Shown here in pieces: positions 16,794 through 27,205 of a stretch of DNA of 48,449 bases (positions are counted from its first letter, which is position 1; every line of letters begins with the position of its first letter). The stretch is from Elusimicrobiota bacterium (GTDB taxonomy: Bacteria; Elusimicrobiota; UBA8919), in NCBI GenBank assembly GCA_043816185.1, contig JBDRIG010000010.1, positions 1 to 48,449 on the forward strand, given 5' to 3'. The position numbers were made by a program, and so were the translations under genes. The notes under the pieces were generated by a model. The model had not been told where the DNA came from and ran no database searches. It saw only the letters and a list, made by a program, of their open reading frames with translations.

Positions 16794-17561
16794 ATGAAGA
16801 TATTAAAAAATTGGAAAAATTGTGAAAGGCTAGAAAAGATTGAAGGAAGGCTAAAAAAGATTTTAACTTTTGTAATTTTTCTAAATTTTTGTAGCCTCTC
16901 TAATTGTCTTTACTGCAAAACACAAAAACCATTATCAATAATTGATGTTCCGACGGCGGAGGTGGTTGAATATTCAAATTACGATTTAAGCTTTCGTCTA
17001 TATGGCATGGGCGGTGTTCTTTCAAAGATGAATTTTGGTGTTTTTAAACCAATAAACATTGGAATTTCTTTGGATGTGGATAAGTTGATAGGTTTTGGCA
17101 ATCAAGAAATTGACACTCGTCCGCCAGCAATTTTATTTAAAATACAAATCTTCCGCGGTGGGTTGAAACTTCCAGCAATATCCATTGGTTACGATGGACA
17201 GGGCTACGGCACATATAGCAGTAGTGACACTGAAAAATATCAATATCGCGAAAAAGGCATTTATATAGTTTTAACACGCGAGTATCTCATTCCAGGGCTT
17301 GAAATTTCGTTTGGTAGTAACATTTTTGATTTTGACAAAGACAGTGCATACGGTTTTATAGGTACAAATTTCTCGATAGAAAATAGAGTACTTTTACTTG
17401 CCGAATGCGACAATATCAAAAAAGCGGCTCAAAATCGTGCCAATTTAGGTATGAAACTTTTTGTTGCAGACAATCTTGATGTGGAAATTGCCGGTAGAAA
17501 TCTTTTTAAGGGAACTCAATCCGAAAGAATTGTGATTATAAATTATACGGGAAAGTTTTAG
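16794..17561 (+). CDS. hypothetical exported protein, possibly an outer-membrane beta-barrel
   Basis: AAGGAGG RBS. Hydrophobic leader ILTFVIFLNFCSLSNC. Alternating-hydrophobicity segments and a C-terminal ...YTGKF (terminal Phe), as in many OMPs. No recognisable family. Confidence 0.4.
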   Translation: MKILKNWKNCERLEKIEGRLKKILTFVIFLNFCSLSNCLYCKTQKPLSIIDVPTAEVVEYSNYDLSFRLYGMGGVLSKMNFGVFKPINIGISLDVDKLIGFGNQEIDTRPPAILFKIQIFRGGLKLPAISIGYDGQGYGTYSSSDTEKYQYREKGIYIVLTREYLIPGLEISFGSNIFDFDKDSAYGFIGTNFSIENRVLLLAECDNIKKAAQNRANLGMKLFVADNLDVEIAGRNLFKGTQSERIVIINYTGKF

Positions 17562-17680
17562 GAAGACGATTTGGATAAATAAAAGACCGATATAATTAAT
17601 TGTTAGCTAACAGTTAATGATGCAGACGAATAAATCAGATTTAATCGGTCACTTATCAGTTTGAATCGTCGTTATATTAT

Positions 17681-18709
17681 ATGGCTGAAATTACATATCT
17701 TGATTTTGAAAAACCAATAGAAGAACTTGAAAATAAAATTGCAGAGTTAAAAAAATTTTCTATTGAGCAAAAACACGACTTTTCAGATGAAATAAAAACT
17801 CTAACTGAAAAATGCGAAAAACTGAAAACAGATATTTTTCTCTCTCTTACCCCATGGCAAAAAGTACAAATAGCGAGACATCCAAACAGGCCTCATACGC
17901 TTGAATTTATAAATCTTATTACGACGGATTTTGTAGAACTTCACGGTGATAGGCATTTTGCTGACGATAAAGCAATTGTTTGTGGGTTTGCCAGCCTGAT
18001 CGGATCTGCTGAGCAGTCAAAATTTGACGATCAATCGGTGGCAATAATAGGCCATCAAAAAGGTGTAAACACCGAAGAAAATATGATGCGAAATTTTGGT
18101 ATGTCCAACCCAGAGGGTTATCGAAAAGCACTTCGCATATTCAAGCTTGCCGAAAAATTTAACAAACCAATCATTACTTTTATTGATACTCCAGGTGCAT
18201 ATCCTGGAATAGGTGCTGAGGAAAGAGGCCAATCAGAAGCGATTGCAAAAAATCTATTTGAGATGCCGCAATTAAAAGTTCCTATTGTTGTGTGTGTTAT
18301 TGGTGAGGGAGGTTCTGGTGGTGCTTTGGCTATTTCTGTTGGTGACAGAATTTTGATGCTTGAAAATGCTATCTATTCTGTAATTTCACCTGAAGGTTGC
18401 TCTGCGATTTTGTTTAAGGGCGCTGCGACAGAAAAAACAGGTTCATCTCCAGCGAAAAAAATTTCCGAAATTGCTGCCTCGCTAAAACTTACTGCACAAG
18501 ACTTAAAAAGATTTGGAATTGTAGACGAAATAATAAAAGAACCATTGTGTGGTGCCCACAGAAATGTTGAAGGAACCGCAAAACTACTTTCCTGTGCAAT
18601 AAAAAAACATCTCTTTGAGCTTCAAAAATTATCGTCAGATGAGTTACTTGAAGAAAGATATAAAAAATTTAGAAAAATCGGTGAATATAAGGAAAGTAAA
18701 AGGAAATAA
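17681..18709 (+). CDS. accA: acetyl-CoA carboxylase carboxyltransferase alpha subunit
   Basis: [49 protein letters not shown] and [10 protein letters not shown] motifs. Confidence 0.9.
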   Translation: MAEITYLDFEKPIEELENKIAELKKFSIEQKHDFSDEIKTLTEKCEKLKTDIFLSLTPWQKVQIARHPNRPHTLEFINLITTDFVELHGDRHFADDKAIVCGFASLIGSAEQSKFDDQSVAIIGHQKGVNTEENMMRNFGMSNPEGYRKALRIFKLAEKFNKPIITFIDTPGAYPGIGAEERGQSEAIAKNLFEMPQLKVPIVVCVIGEGGSGGALAISVGDRILMLENAIYSVISPEGCSAILFKGAATEKTGSSPAKKISEIAASLKLTAQDLKRFGIVDEIIKEPLCGAHRNVEGTAKLLSCAIKKHLFELQKLSSDELLEERYKKFRKIGEYKESKRK

Positions 18710-18718
18710 AAAACGGCA

Positions 18719-19423
18719 ATGTTATCAAAAGAAAAAATAGAAAAAATCAGTTCAGAAGTTAAGAAATGTTGGGAACAAGAATCGCAAAAGGAGTATTTTA
18801 TTGATATTGCGAAAGGCAAAGAGATAGGGCATCGTCTCGCCGACCTTGTTGACGAAAAGACAACGGCTGTAATTACCATAAATCATTTGACAAAAAGTCA
18901 GTATGATGGTAGAGGTGAAAAACGTTCACGGTCTATGGGCGATATATGGGTTAAAGATTTTCAAATATATCATCCTGTAAATGTAAAGACGGGTATTGTG
19001 GGGCACGAGGGACAACCAAATATGGTATCACTGAAAAAAATATTGGATGCTATAATCAACAGATGTATTGATAGTTATTATTTGCTAATGGTGAAATTTG
19101 AAATCAGTTCCAAAATATCTTCATCGGTATATTTTGTTGATATGCTGAATTATATTGATTTTTTATCTTTTGATTCCGGACCCGGGCAAGTTATGCTTAA
19201 TGCAAAAAAGTTTATTGAAAATTATGAAACATATAAAAAACCAAATTTAGAAATAAAACAAAAGGTAGAACAACTTATGGTTTTATATAAAAACGCTGAA
19301 TATAGATTGAGGCAAAATAGAAAAAGAGTATTTAGCATGTATAAATCTAAAGTTGATCTATTTCTTGAAAGTGATGAAATTGTAGTAACCACAGAAACAC
19401 AATCTGCTTTACTATTAAAATGA
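18719..19423 (+). CDS. putative type II restriction endonuclease (assigned mainly by context)
   Basis: 234-aa ORF whose stop overlaps the start of the methyltransferase gene (ATGA). Possible PD-(D/E)xK-like core GDIWVKDFQIYHPVNVK (Asp ... N-V-K). No family recognised. Confidence 0.4.
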   Translation: MLSKEKIEKISSEVKKCWEQESQKEYFIDIAKGKEIGHRLADLVDEKTTAVITINHLTKSQYDGRGEKRSRSMGDIWVKDFQIYHPVNVKTGIVGHEGQPNMVSLKKILDAIINRCIDSYYLLMVKFEISSKISSSVYFVDMLNYIDFLSFDSGPGQVMLNAKKFIENYETYKKPNLEIKQKVEQLMVLYKNAEYRLRQNRKRVFSMYKSKVDLFLESDEIVVTTETQSALLLK

Positions 19424-21138
19424 GCATAGCGAGAATAAACCGTGAATCTAAAAGACAATTAGGACAGTTTTTGACGCCACCTTTGTTGGCAAAAAAAATA
19501 GTTGAAACCATAAAAATACAAAACGACAGCAAGATATTAGAACCGAGTTTTGGTAATGGCTCTTTTGTTTTTCCATTGGTTGAATATCTAAAGAAAGCAG
19601 GGCGTCGATCAAAAGACATATCACAACAAATATATGGATGTGAAAAGGATAATAAACTTTTTTCGCAGTTTACAAAACACATTTCTGCTTTGTATGATAA
19701 TAAATATACTCTAACAAATTTTCATAACACCGATTTTTTTAAATGGATACCTCAAGACAAACAAATTGACTTTTTAGATTATAGTACATATATAAAAAAT
19801 AACTGGGGATATTTTGATTTAATCATCGGTAATCCTCCTTTTGGAGGCACTATTGAATATGCTATACAGGATAAACTTGATAAAATATATGGTTATCGTG
19901 GGTATGAAAAGATAAAAAAAGAGACATATTCGTTCTTTCTTGTTAAATCGTTTGACCTTCTTAAGCCGAAAGGTCAAATGGTTTTTATATGTTCCGATAC
20001 TTTTTTAACAATAAATACAATGAAGGGTTTAAGAAAACTATTGATGGATAATTGCGATGTTGAAATTGAAAGTATCCCTGACTGCTTTGCTGATACAAAT
20101 CAAAATATGGTTCTTCTAAAAGTTATCAAGACCGGGAAAAAGTCATTGTATATCAAGTTTAAAGATAAAATTATTTTGCGTGAAAATATTGAAAAAACCC
20201 CAAATTTAAGTTGGAATATAAGTGATGAATATACGAAGTATTTCTCTGGTGATGTTTTAGGAAATTATATTGTTGCAACAAGTGGAATGACGGTTGGCAA
20301 TAACGAACTATTTATTCGTAAAATCATTGATGGTTATATTTATGAACCATTTAAGTTTGAGTTTTTTGATGAACCAATCACATTAGAAAATGAAAGAAAA
20401 AAAGCACGGTTGAATAAATTAAGCAAGTTCCAGGGAAAAAAAATAAGACAACAAGAAATCAATGGCGACACTCAACGAAATGTTAGATGGGAACAAGTAG
20501 CGTCTTCCAAAAGAATAAAAATTCCAGATGCACGATATTGCTATTACAATAAAGCAAACAATGAAATAGTATACAGTAAACCGCAATGGGTTGTTTTTTG
20601 GGAAAACGACGGTGATGCAGTTCGTACTTTTAAAAAAAATGGTAATTGGTATTTAAATGGTATCGGGGGACAGAAGTACTTTAAAAGGTCAGGATTTACA
20701 TGGTCATTGATAGCAAACAAAATACATACTAAGTTTTTATCAGAGGGTTATATTTTAGATAGTGGGTCACCGTGTGCTTTTTTACGAGACGGTATTGGTG
20801 ATGATGAACTGTATTTTATCATGGCGTGGACACTTACTAAACGATGTAATGAAATTTTAAAACAAGTAATTAATCATACAAGAAACATTCAGGGTAAAGA
20901 TGTTGAAAGGTTACCTTATCCGTCATGGGTAGATTGTCACGATAAGCATTTAATCATTAAAAAAATGAAAAACTTGATAAATAATGCATGTTTGGGAAAA
21001 CGATATGTATTTGATGATTTAGAGATTAGAGAGTTTGATAATGATTTTGAATATAACGAAATAAATACTCACAAAAACAAACAAATAGATAAAAAAGTGT
21101 CATTATTTGATATGCCGTTCAACATGTGGGCAAGATAA
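19420..21138 (+). CDS. N6-adenine DNA methyltransferase (gamma class, Eco57I/TaqI-like)
   Basis: LGQFLTPP, AdoMet motif ILEPSFGNGSF and catalytic motif IIGNPPFGG in gamma-class order. Long C-terminal region, presumably target recognition. Confidence 0.8.
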   Translation: MSIARINRESKRQLGQFLTPPLLAKKIVETIKIQNDSKILEPSFGNGSFVFPLVEYLKKAGRRSKDISQQIYGCEKDNKLFSQFTKHISALYDNKYTLTNFHNTDFFKWIPQDKQIDFLDYSTYIKNNWGYFDLIIGNPPFGGTIEYAIQDKLDKIYGYRGYEKIKKETYSFFLVKSFDLLKPKGQMVFICSDTFLTINTMKGLRKLLMDNCDVEIESIPDCFADTNQNMVLLKVIKTGKKSLYIKFKDKIILRENIEKTPNLSWNISDEYTKYFSGDVLGNYIVATSGMTVGNNELFIRKIIDGYIYEPFKFEFFDEPITLENERKKARLNKLSKFQGKKIRQQEINGDTQRNVRWEQVASSKRIKIPDARYCYYNKANNEIVYSKPQWVVFWENDGDAVRTFKKNGNWYLNGIGGQKYFKRSGFTWSLIANKIHTKFLSEGYILDSGSPCAFLRDGIGDDELYFIMAWTLTKRCNEILKQVINHTRNIQGKDVERLPYPSWVDCHDKHLIIKKMKNLINNACLGKRYVFDDLEIREFDNDFEYNEINTHKNKQIDKKVSLFDMPFNMWAR

Positions 21139-21161
21139 AAAAATGAGGAGGAATTATTGTT

Positions 21162-22505
21162 ATGGAAAAGTACAACGATGTTGATGTTTTGATTAACGAT
21201 GCGGTGTTTGGGGATGACCTGCTTTGCCAGAGCGAAAGCGAGGCGAGTGAGACGAAAAAATACTGTAGGTATTTAATCAGGAAAAAGGCGCAGGAAAAAG
21301 GCATTGGACCTGCCTCCCCTTGTGAACTTTACAAAGCGATGGGTAGAGGTGAAGTTTCAGGATTTTCAATACCAGCGATAAATATTCGTGGCATGGCCTA
21401 CGATATGGCTCGAGCTGCTTTTCGTGCAGCAAAAAAAACGGGATCGGCAGCGATAATTTTTGAAATTGCAAGAAGCGAAATGGGATATTGCGAACAAAAA
21501 CCGTCGGAGTTTGTTTCAGCAGTCCTTGCGGCAGCATTAAAAGAAAACTATGAATATCCAGTTTTTATTCAGGGCGACCATTTTCAAGTAAAGGAAAAGG
21601 GATATAAATCTGATAAGCAAAAAGAAGTCGATGGAATAAAAAAACTTATTGCAGAATCAATAGATGCTGGATTTTATTCTATCGATCTTGATACATCAAC
21701 ACTCGTTGATTTGTCAAAACCAACGGTAAAAGAACAACAGAAACCAAATTATGGATTAGCAGCCGAACTTACAAATTATATCCGTTCTATTGAACCAAAA
21801 GGCGTGACAGTTATGCTCGGTGGAGAAATAGGAGAAATTGGCGGAAAAAATTCGAGTGAAGAAGAACTTTGTGCATATATGGATGGTTATAATGAAACAC
21901 TGCGTCAAGAAATTTTTGGCATATCAAAAATGGCTATCCAAACAGGTACTGTTCACGGAGGTATTCCGACTGCCGACGGCAAAATTGCAAATGTAAAATT
22001 AGATTTTACTACCCTTGAGAAACTTTCGTCGATTTCCAGAAAAGATTATGGACTCGCAGGATGTGTTCAGCACGGTGCATCAACTTTACCGTCGGAACTT
22101 TTTGATAAATTTCCAAAGACGGGTACTGCCGAAGTCCATCTTGCTACAGAATTTCAGAATATGATTTTTGACCACCCAAAATTTCCGTTAGATTTGAAAA
22201 ACAAAATCTATGACTACTTGAAAGTGAATGCTGCTTCCGAGAGAAAAGAAGGAGAGTCGGACTCACAATTTTTCTACAAAACTCGCAAAAAAGCATGGGG
22301 ACAATTTAAGAAAGAAACATGGTCAATTAGTAAAGATATCAAAGACGAAATAATGTCCGAACTTGAAAAAAAGTTTATATTTCTTTTTGAGAAACTGAAC
22401 GTTGTCAACACGGAAAATGTTGTAAAAAAATACGTCAAAACTTCGGAAGTGGAAATCAAAAAACCAGAAATCACCAATGTCGAAAAATTCGACGGTGCAG
22501 ATTAA
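21162..22505 (+). CDS. fba: class II fructose-bisphosphate aldolase (long form)
   Basis: FSIPAINIRG..., IQGDHFQV, SIDLDTS, GGEIGEIGG and VQHGAST motifs of class II (metal-dependent) aldolases. GAGGAGG RBS. Confidence 0.75.
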   Translation: MEKYNDVDVLINDAVFGDDLLCQSESEASETKKYCRYLIRKKAQEKGIGPASPCELYKAMGRGEVSGFSIPAINIRGMAYDMARAAFRAAKKTGSAAIIFEIARSEMGYCEQKPSEFVSAVLAAALKENYEYPVFIQGDHFQVKEKGYKSDKQKEVDGIKKLIAESIDAGFYSIDLDTSTLVDLSKPTVKEQQKPNYGLAAELTNYIRSIEPKGVTVMLGGEIGEIGGKNSSEEELCAYMDGYNETLRQEIFGISKMAIQTGTVHGGIPTADGKIANVKLDFTTLEKLSSISRKDYGLAGCVQHGASTLPSELFDKFPKTGTAEVHLATEFQNMIFDHPKFPLDLKNKIYDYLKVNAASERKEGESDSQFFYKTRKKAWGQFKKETWSISKDIKDEIMSELEKKFIFLFEKLNVVNTENVVKKYVKTSEVEIKKPEITNVEKFDGAD

Positions 22506-22522
22506 GGAGGCAGTTGTAGCGT

Positions 22523-24196
22523 ATGCCAAAACAAAAAATATCGGAACTTGAGACGGTAAGAAATAAGTTTAAACCTGTTTTGCCGACAATACTCAAAAAT
22601 GGCCCATCGCAAATAATACCAAAATTCGGAATGCCAACAAAAAGTGTTAGTGATGGCGAAACCGTACAGAAACTTTTTTCAAACACTTATGGGATGCCCA
22701 TTGTGAATTTTATTATGGGTAAAAATCCGACTGTTTCAAAAAAAACTATAAAGGTTGGGGTGGTTCTTTCTGGGGGTCAGGCGCCTGGTGGGCACAATGT
22801 CATCGCAGGACTTTTTGACGCCCTTAAAAAAGCAAATCTCAAAAATAAACTTATTGGTTTTCTTGGTGGCCCGTCGGGGATATTAGAAAATAAATGGAAA
22901 GAGATAACATCTTCATTTTTAGATGGGTATAGAAATACTGGTGGATTTGATATTATACAGTCGGGAAGAACAAAAATAGAGACACCAGAACAGTTTGAAC
23001 AGACAAAAAAAAATCTGATTGATAATAAAATTACTGCGCTGGTCGTAGTTGGTGGTGATGATTCCAATACAAATGCGGCGTTCATATCAGAATATTTGAA
23101 AAAAGAAAAAGTAAATATAAGTATCGTTGGTGTTCCAAAAACTATTGACGGTGACTTGAAAAACAAACAGATTGAAGCGTCTTTCGGTTTTGACACTGCG
23201 ACAAAAATATATTCGGAATTAGTTGGAAACATTTGCCGTGATGTTAATTCGGCAAGAAAATACTGGCACTTTATTCGTCTTATGGGAAGAAGCGCATCGC
23301 ACATAACCCTCGAAGTAGGACTAAAAACACAGCCAAATATAGTTCTTATTGGGGAAGAGATTCTTGCAAAAAAAATGACCCTTTCACAGATTATTGACGG
23401 TATTGTTGATATAATTGTAAAACGTGCCGAGATGAAAAAGAATTTCGGTGTTGTACTTGTTCCTGAGGGTTTAATAGAATTTGTACCTGAAATGAAGGAA
23501 CTTATATCTGCACTAAATGATGTTTTGGTAGAAAATGAGACAATACTTAATGCGATGTCTACTATTGAAGAAAGAAAGAGTTTTGTTTGCGAAAAGATTT
23601 CTGAAAATCTTGCGTCGCTTATGAAATCACTACCTAACATAATTTCGTCACAACTTTTAATTGATAGGGATCCTCACGGCAATGTTCAGGTTTCTCAAAT
23701 TGAGACGGAAAAACTTTTAATAGAGATGGTAAAAAAAAGATTGTCGGAGTTTAAAAAGGACGGAAAATATAGCGGAAAGTTTTCTGCAATTACACATTTT
23801 TTTGGCTACGAAGGTCGCTGCGGTGCACCATCAAATTTTGATGCAAATTATTGCTATGCGTTGGGATATAATTCGGCAGTATTAGTTCTTAACGAACTGA
23901 CGGGCTATCTTTCGTCGGTAAAAAAACTTGTAAAAAAAGCTGAATTGTGGGGATGTGGTGGAGTACCGTTAACTATGATGATGAATATTGAAAGAAGAAA
24001 AGGTAAGGAAAAACCAGTTATAAAAAAAGCATTGGTATGTTTTGGCAGTGCTGCATTTAAAGCGATACTTAAAAACAGAGACATCTGGGCGATTACAGAA
24101 AGTTATCTTTACCCCGGACCAATTCAATATTTCGGCCCCTCTTCAGTAACAGACATAACAACAATCACTCTTAAATACGAACAACACGGCAAATAA
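22523..24196 (+). CDS. pfp: diphosphate--fructose-6-phosphate 1-phosphotransferase (PPi-dependent PFK)
   Basis: GVVLSGGQAPGGHNV, VVGGDDSNTNAA (Asp instead of the Gly found in ATP-PFK), VPKTIDGDL (Lys diagnostic for PPi use) and MGRSASHITLE. Confidence 0.9.
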   Translation: MPKQKISELETVRNKFKPVLPTILKNGPSQIIPKFGMPTKSVSDGETVQKLFSNTYGMPIVNFIMGKNPTVSKKTIKVGVVLSGGQAPGGHNVIAGLFDALKKANLKNKLIGFLGGPSGILENKWKEITSSFLDGYRNTGGFDIIQSGRTKIETPEQFEQTKKNLIDNKITALVVVGGDDSNTNAAFISEYLKKEKVNISIVGVPKTIDGDLKNKQIEASFGFDTATKIYSELVGNICRDVNSARKYWHFIRLMGRSASHITLEVGLKTQPNIVLIGEEILAKKMTLSQIIDGIVDIIVKRAEMKKNFGVVLVPEGLIEFVPEMKELISALNDVLVENETILNAMSTIEERKSFVCEKISENLASLMKSLPNIISSQLLIDRDPHGNVQVSQIETEKLLIEMVKKRLSEFKKDGKYSGKFSAITHFFGYEGRCGAPSNFDANYCYALGYNSAVLVLNELTGYLSSVKKLVKKAELWGCGGVPLTMMMNIERRKGKEKPVIKKALVCFGSAAFKAILKNRDIWAITESYLYPGPIQYFGPSSVTDITTITLKYEQHGK

Positions 24197-24333
24197 TCAC
24201 GAAATAATCTGTTACCAATGTAATGGAGTTATGCGTTCAGAGTTTGTGAATTATTTCTTACCTCTTCGTTTTTTTGTAGGCGCGGTCTATGACCGTGCTC
24301 GTAAATCGTGGTTCGGAGTTTACTATTCACTAT

Positions 24334-25437
24334 TCACGTTTTTTTAATTATCCCGCCGCCTAAAACAATATCTTTTTGATAAAAAACAGCCGATTGTCCC
24401 GACGTAATTGACATTTGTGGTTCTTCAAATATAATCTTTGCAGCATTATTATCCATAAGATATATTTTTGCTTTTGATTGCTTGTGCCTATATCTTATTT
24501 TTACATCAGCAACAATCTCCGGTTTTTTTGGTGGTAAAACCGTCCACGAAACATTTTCTACTAAAAACTCTTTGCTCAAAAGTTCTTCTTTCTCGCCTAC
24601 AACAATTTCATTTTTTTTTACGTCAATTTTTATAACATATACAGGTTTACCAATGGCCAAACCGAGACCTCGTCTTTGACCAATAGTATAAAATGGAAGC
24701 CCTTCATGAGTTCCTAAAACCTTATTGGAAATATCAACAATTTTTCCAGGTTTTATATCAGCATAATCTGTGTTTTTTAATCTGTGTTTTAAAAATTCGT
24801 GGTAATCGGCATTTTCAACAAAGCATATTTCTTGACTTTCTTTTTTATCGGCGACTTTTAATTTTAGTTTTTTTGCAAGTTTTTTTATTTCCATTTTCTT
24901 GTAATCGCCAACTGGAAATAAAATATGAGAAAGATTTTTCTGAGTTAAACCATATAAAAAATACGACTGATCTTTTGTTTTATCAATTCCTTTTTTAAGC
25001 AGGTATCCTTTTTTTGTTTTTTCTATTTTTGCATAATGTCCAGTTGCAATTAAATTACATCCGAGCCCTTTGGCAAATTTTAACATTTCGTCAAATTTTA
25101 TTTTTACATTGCAGACAACACAAGGATTTGGGGTTCTACCTTTTATGTATTCAGAAACGAAATTTTCAATTACATATTTTTCAAAAACCTTCGTTTTATC
25201 AACAACATAGTGCTTGATGTCGAGTTGTTGTGCTGTTCGTCGAGCTTCATTTATATCATCGGACGAGCAACATTGTTTTTCGGACGTTTTTTTCACATAC
25301 GGTAAATCTACCTGATTTTTACATAAAAAAAGCCGAAGCGTGCAACCAATAACTTCATAGTTTGCTTTTTTAAGCAGATAAGCAGAAAGCGACGAGTCGA
25401 CGCCTCCAGACATTAGTACCAAAACTTTTTCCTTCAT
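24334..25437 (-). CDS. mnmA: tRNA 2-thiouridine(34) synthase
   Basis: PP-loop VLVLMSGGVDSS, NPCVVCN and GHYA motifs. Start overlaps the nifU stop (ATGA). Confidence 0.9.
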   Translation of the reverse strand: MKEKVLVLMSGGVDSSLSAYLLKKANYEVIGCTLRLFLCKNQVDLPYVKKTSEKQCCSSDDINEARRTAQQLDIKHYVVDKTKVFEKYVIENFVSEYIKGRTPNPCVVCNVKIKFDEMLKFAKGLGCNLIATGHYAKIEKTKKGYLLKKGIDKTKDQSYFLYGLTQKNLSHILFPVGDYKKMEIKKLAKKLKLKVADKKESQEICFVENADYHEFLKHRLKNTDYADIKPGKIVDISNKVLGTHEGLPFYTIGQRRGLGLAIGKPVYVIKIDVKKNEIVVGEKEELLSKEFLVENVSWTVLPPKKPEIVADVKIRYRHKQSKAKIYLMDNNAAKIIFEEPQMSITSGQSAVFYQKDIVLGGGIIKKT

Positions 25438-25820
25438 TTGGGTTTATTTATAGGATGTTTTTTGTAGTAATCATCAATGGCAGATTTGAGTGCTTCTTCG
25501 GCAAGAACTGAACAATGCATTTTGATAGGAGGAAGTCCACCTAATGCTTCTGCGACTGTTCTGTTTGAAATTTCCAACGCTTCAGTTATATTTTTTCCTT
25601 TTACCATTTCAGTTATCATTGAAGATGTTGCAATTGCGGCACCACATCCAAATGTTTTAAATTTTGCATCAACAATAATTTCATTTTCAACTTTAATATA
25701 AAGCCGCATTATATCGCCACAAATAGGATTCCCAACATTTCCGATGCCATCGGCATCCTCGATTTCTCCAACATTTCTCGGATTGCTAAAATGTTCCATT
25801 ACTTTTGTTGAATATTGCAT
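25434..25820 (-). CDS. nifU: Fe-S cluster assembly scaffold (IscU/NifU N-terminal type)
   Basis: HFSNPRNVG, NPICGD, FKTFGCGAAIATSS and PIKMHCSVLAE scaffold motifs. Confidence 0.9.
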   Translation of the reverse strand: MQYSTKVMEHFSNPRNVGEIEDADGIGNVGNPICGDIMRLYIKVENEIIVDAKFKTFGCGAAIATSSMITEMVKGKNITEALEISNRTVAEALGGLPPIKMHCSVLAEEALKSAIDDYYKKHPINKPK

Positions 25821-25921
25821 GTAATAACTCCAGTCACAAGTTGAGAGTTAAAAGTCAAGGACTGCAAAAATCAAAACTAATAACCCTCAATTCTTATTTT
25901 TCAGTTTGTAATTCTCAGTTT

Positions 25922-27124
25922 TTATTTGTTACTATCTGGCTTCCCGTCCGCTATCATCTTGTCTTCCCACAACGGAGACATTGCTCTTAATCGTCTTACG
26001 GTTTTCGGAAGAACTTCCAAAAGTTTATCTATATCGCTATCTTCCGTATAATAGCCAAGAGAAAATCTTATAGAACCTTGTGATATGTCGGGTGATATAC
26101 CTACTGATGATAAAACATGTGACGGTTCCAAAGTTCCTGAACTGCATGCACTTCCTGTTGAAGCGGCGATACCTTCCAAATCAAGAGATATTAAAATTCC
26201 TTCACCCTCTATAAAATTAAAGGAAATGTTTGATGTGTTAGAAAGTCGTTGTGTGAGATGGCCATTTATTTGGACGTGCTCAATTTTTTCCAAGATACCT
26301 TTTTCCAATTTTTGACGAAGTTTTAACAAGCGTTCGTTTTCTTCTTTCATATTGTTTGAAGCAATTTCACATGCTTCTGCAAATCCGACAATATATGGAA
26401 CATTTTCGGTTCCAGCACGCCTATTTTTTTCGTGATTTCCGCCGTGAAGAAGCGGAAGAAGTTTAGTGCCCCTTTTTATGTAAAGAACGCCAATACCTTT
26501 TGAAGCATAAAGTTTATGCCCCGAAATAGATAACAAATCAACATTTATTTTTTTTACATCAATAGGAATTTTGCCAGCCGCCTGCACAGCATCAACATGA
26601 AAAATTATATTTTTTTCTTTTGCGATTTTTCCAATTTCTTCTATTTGTTGAATTGTCCCTAACTCATTATTGGCGTACATTATTGAAATTAGTGCAGTTT
26701 TTTCCGTTATTGATTTTCTAACATTCTCAGGATCTACAATTCCATGTTTATCAACTGGTAGATATGTAACATCAACTCCAAATTTTTTAGAAAGATACTT
26801 GCAAGGTTCAAATACAGAATGATGCTCGATAGATGATGTAATTATATTGCAGTTTTTGTTGTAGTTTTCAAGTGCGATACCTTTAATAGCAAAATTGTTT
26901 GATTCCGTTCCGCAGGATGTAAAAACAATTTCTGACGGATTTTCGGCGCCCAAAAATTTTGCAATTTTTTCACGAGCATCTTCAACCACTTTTCTTGCTT
27001 GCTGACCGAAGGAATGAACACTCGAAGGATTCCCATAAACATTACTGAAATAAGGGAGCATTGCTTCAAATACCGCTCGATGAACTGGTGTTGTTGCGTT
27101 ATAGTCAAGATATATCTTTTTCAT
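25922..27124 (-). CDS. nifS: cysteine desulfurase (NifS/IscS)
   Basis: MKKIYLDYNATTP N-terminus, SGHKLYASKGIG PLP-lysine motif and SSGSACSSG active-site loop. Start trimmed from 27565 to 27124, because the upstream extension translates a repeat element. Confidence 0.9.
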   Translation of the reverse strand: MKKIYLDYNATTPVHRAVFEAMLPYFSNVYGNPSSVHSFGQQARKVVEDAREKIAKFLGAENPSEIVFTSCGTESNNFAIKGIALENYNKNCNIITSSIEHHSVFEPCKYLSKKFGVDVTYLPVDKHGIVDPENVRKSITEKTALISIMYANNELGTIQQIEEIGKIAKEKNIIFHVDAVQAAGKIPIDVKKINVDLLSISGHKLYASKGIGVLYIKRGTKLLPLLHGGNHEKNRRAGTENVPYIVGFAEACEIASNNMKEENERLLKLRQKLEKGILEKIEHVQINGHLTQRLSNTSNISFNFIEGEGILISLDLEGIAASTGSACSSGTLEPSHVLSSVGISPDISQGSIRFSLGYYTEDSDIDKLLEVLPKTVRRLRAMSPLWEDKMIADGKPDSNK

Positions 27125-27205
27125 GGTTATTATGCTATCAAACTGTTGAATAAAAGTCAAGTATTTTGTATAATAACACAATAAAAGGCCTATTTTGTCG
27201 TCATT

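Noticed and set aside
22777-23640. 287-aa minus-strand ORF
   Set aside because: It is fully antisense to the strongly supported PPi-PFK gene. It is low-complexity and Ser/Phe/Ile-rich, as expected from the reverse complement of an AT-rich coding region. The same reasoning applies to the other antisense track ORFs, e.g. 1392-1733, 15330-15698, 34701-35066, 36245-36664, 37160-37504, 45380-45718 and 47511-47912.
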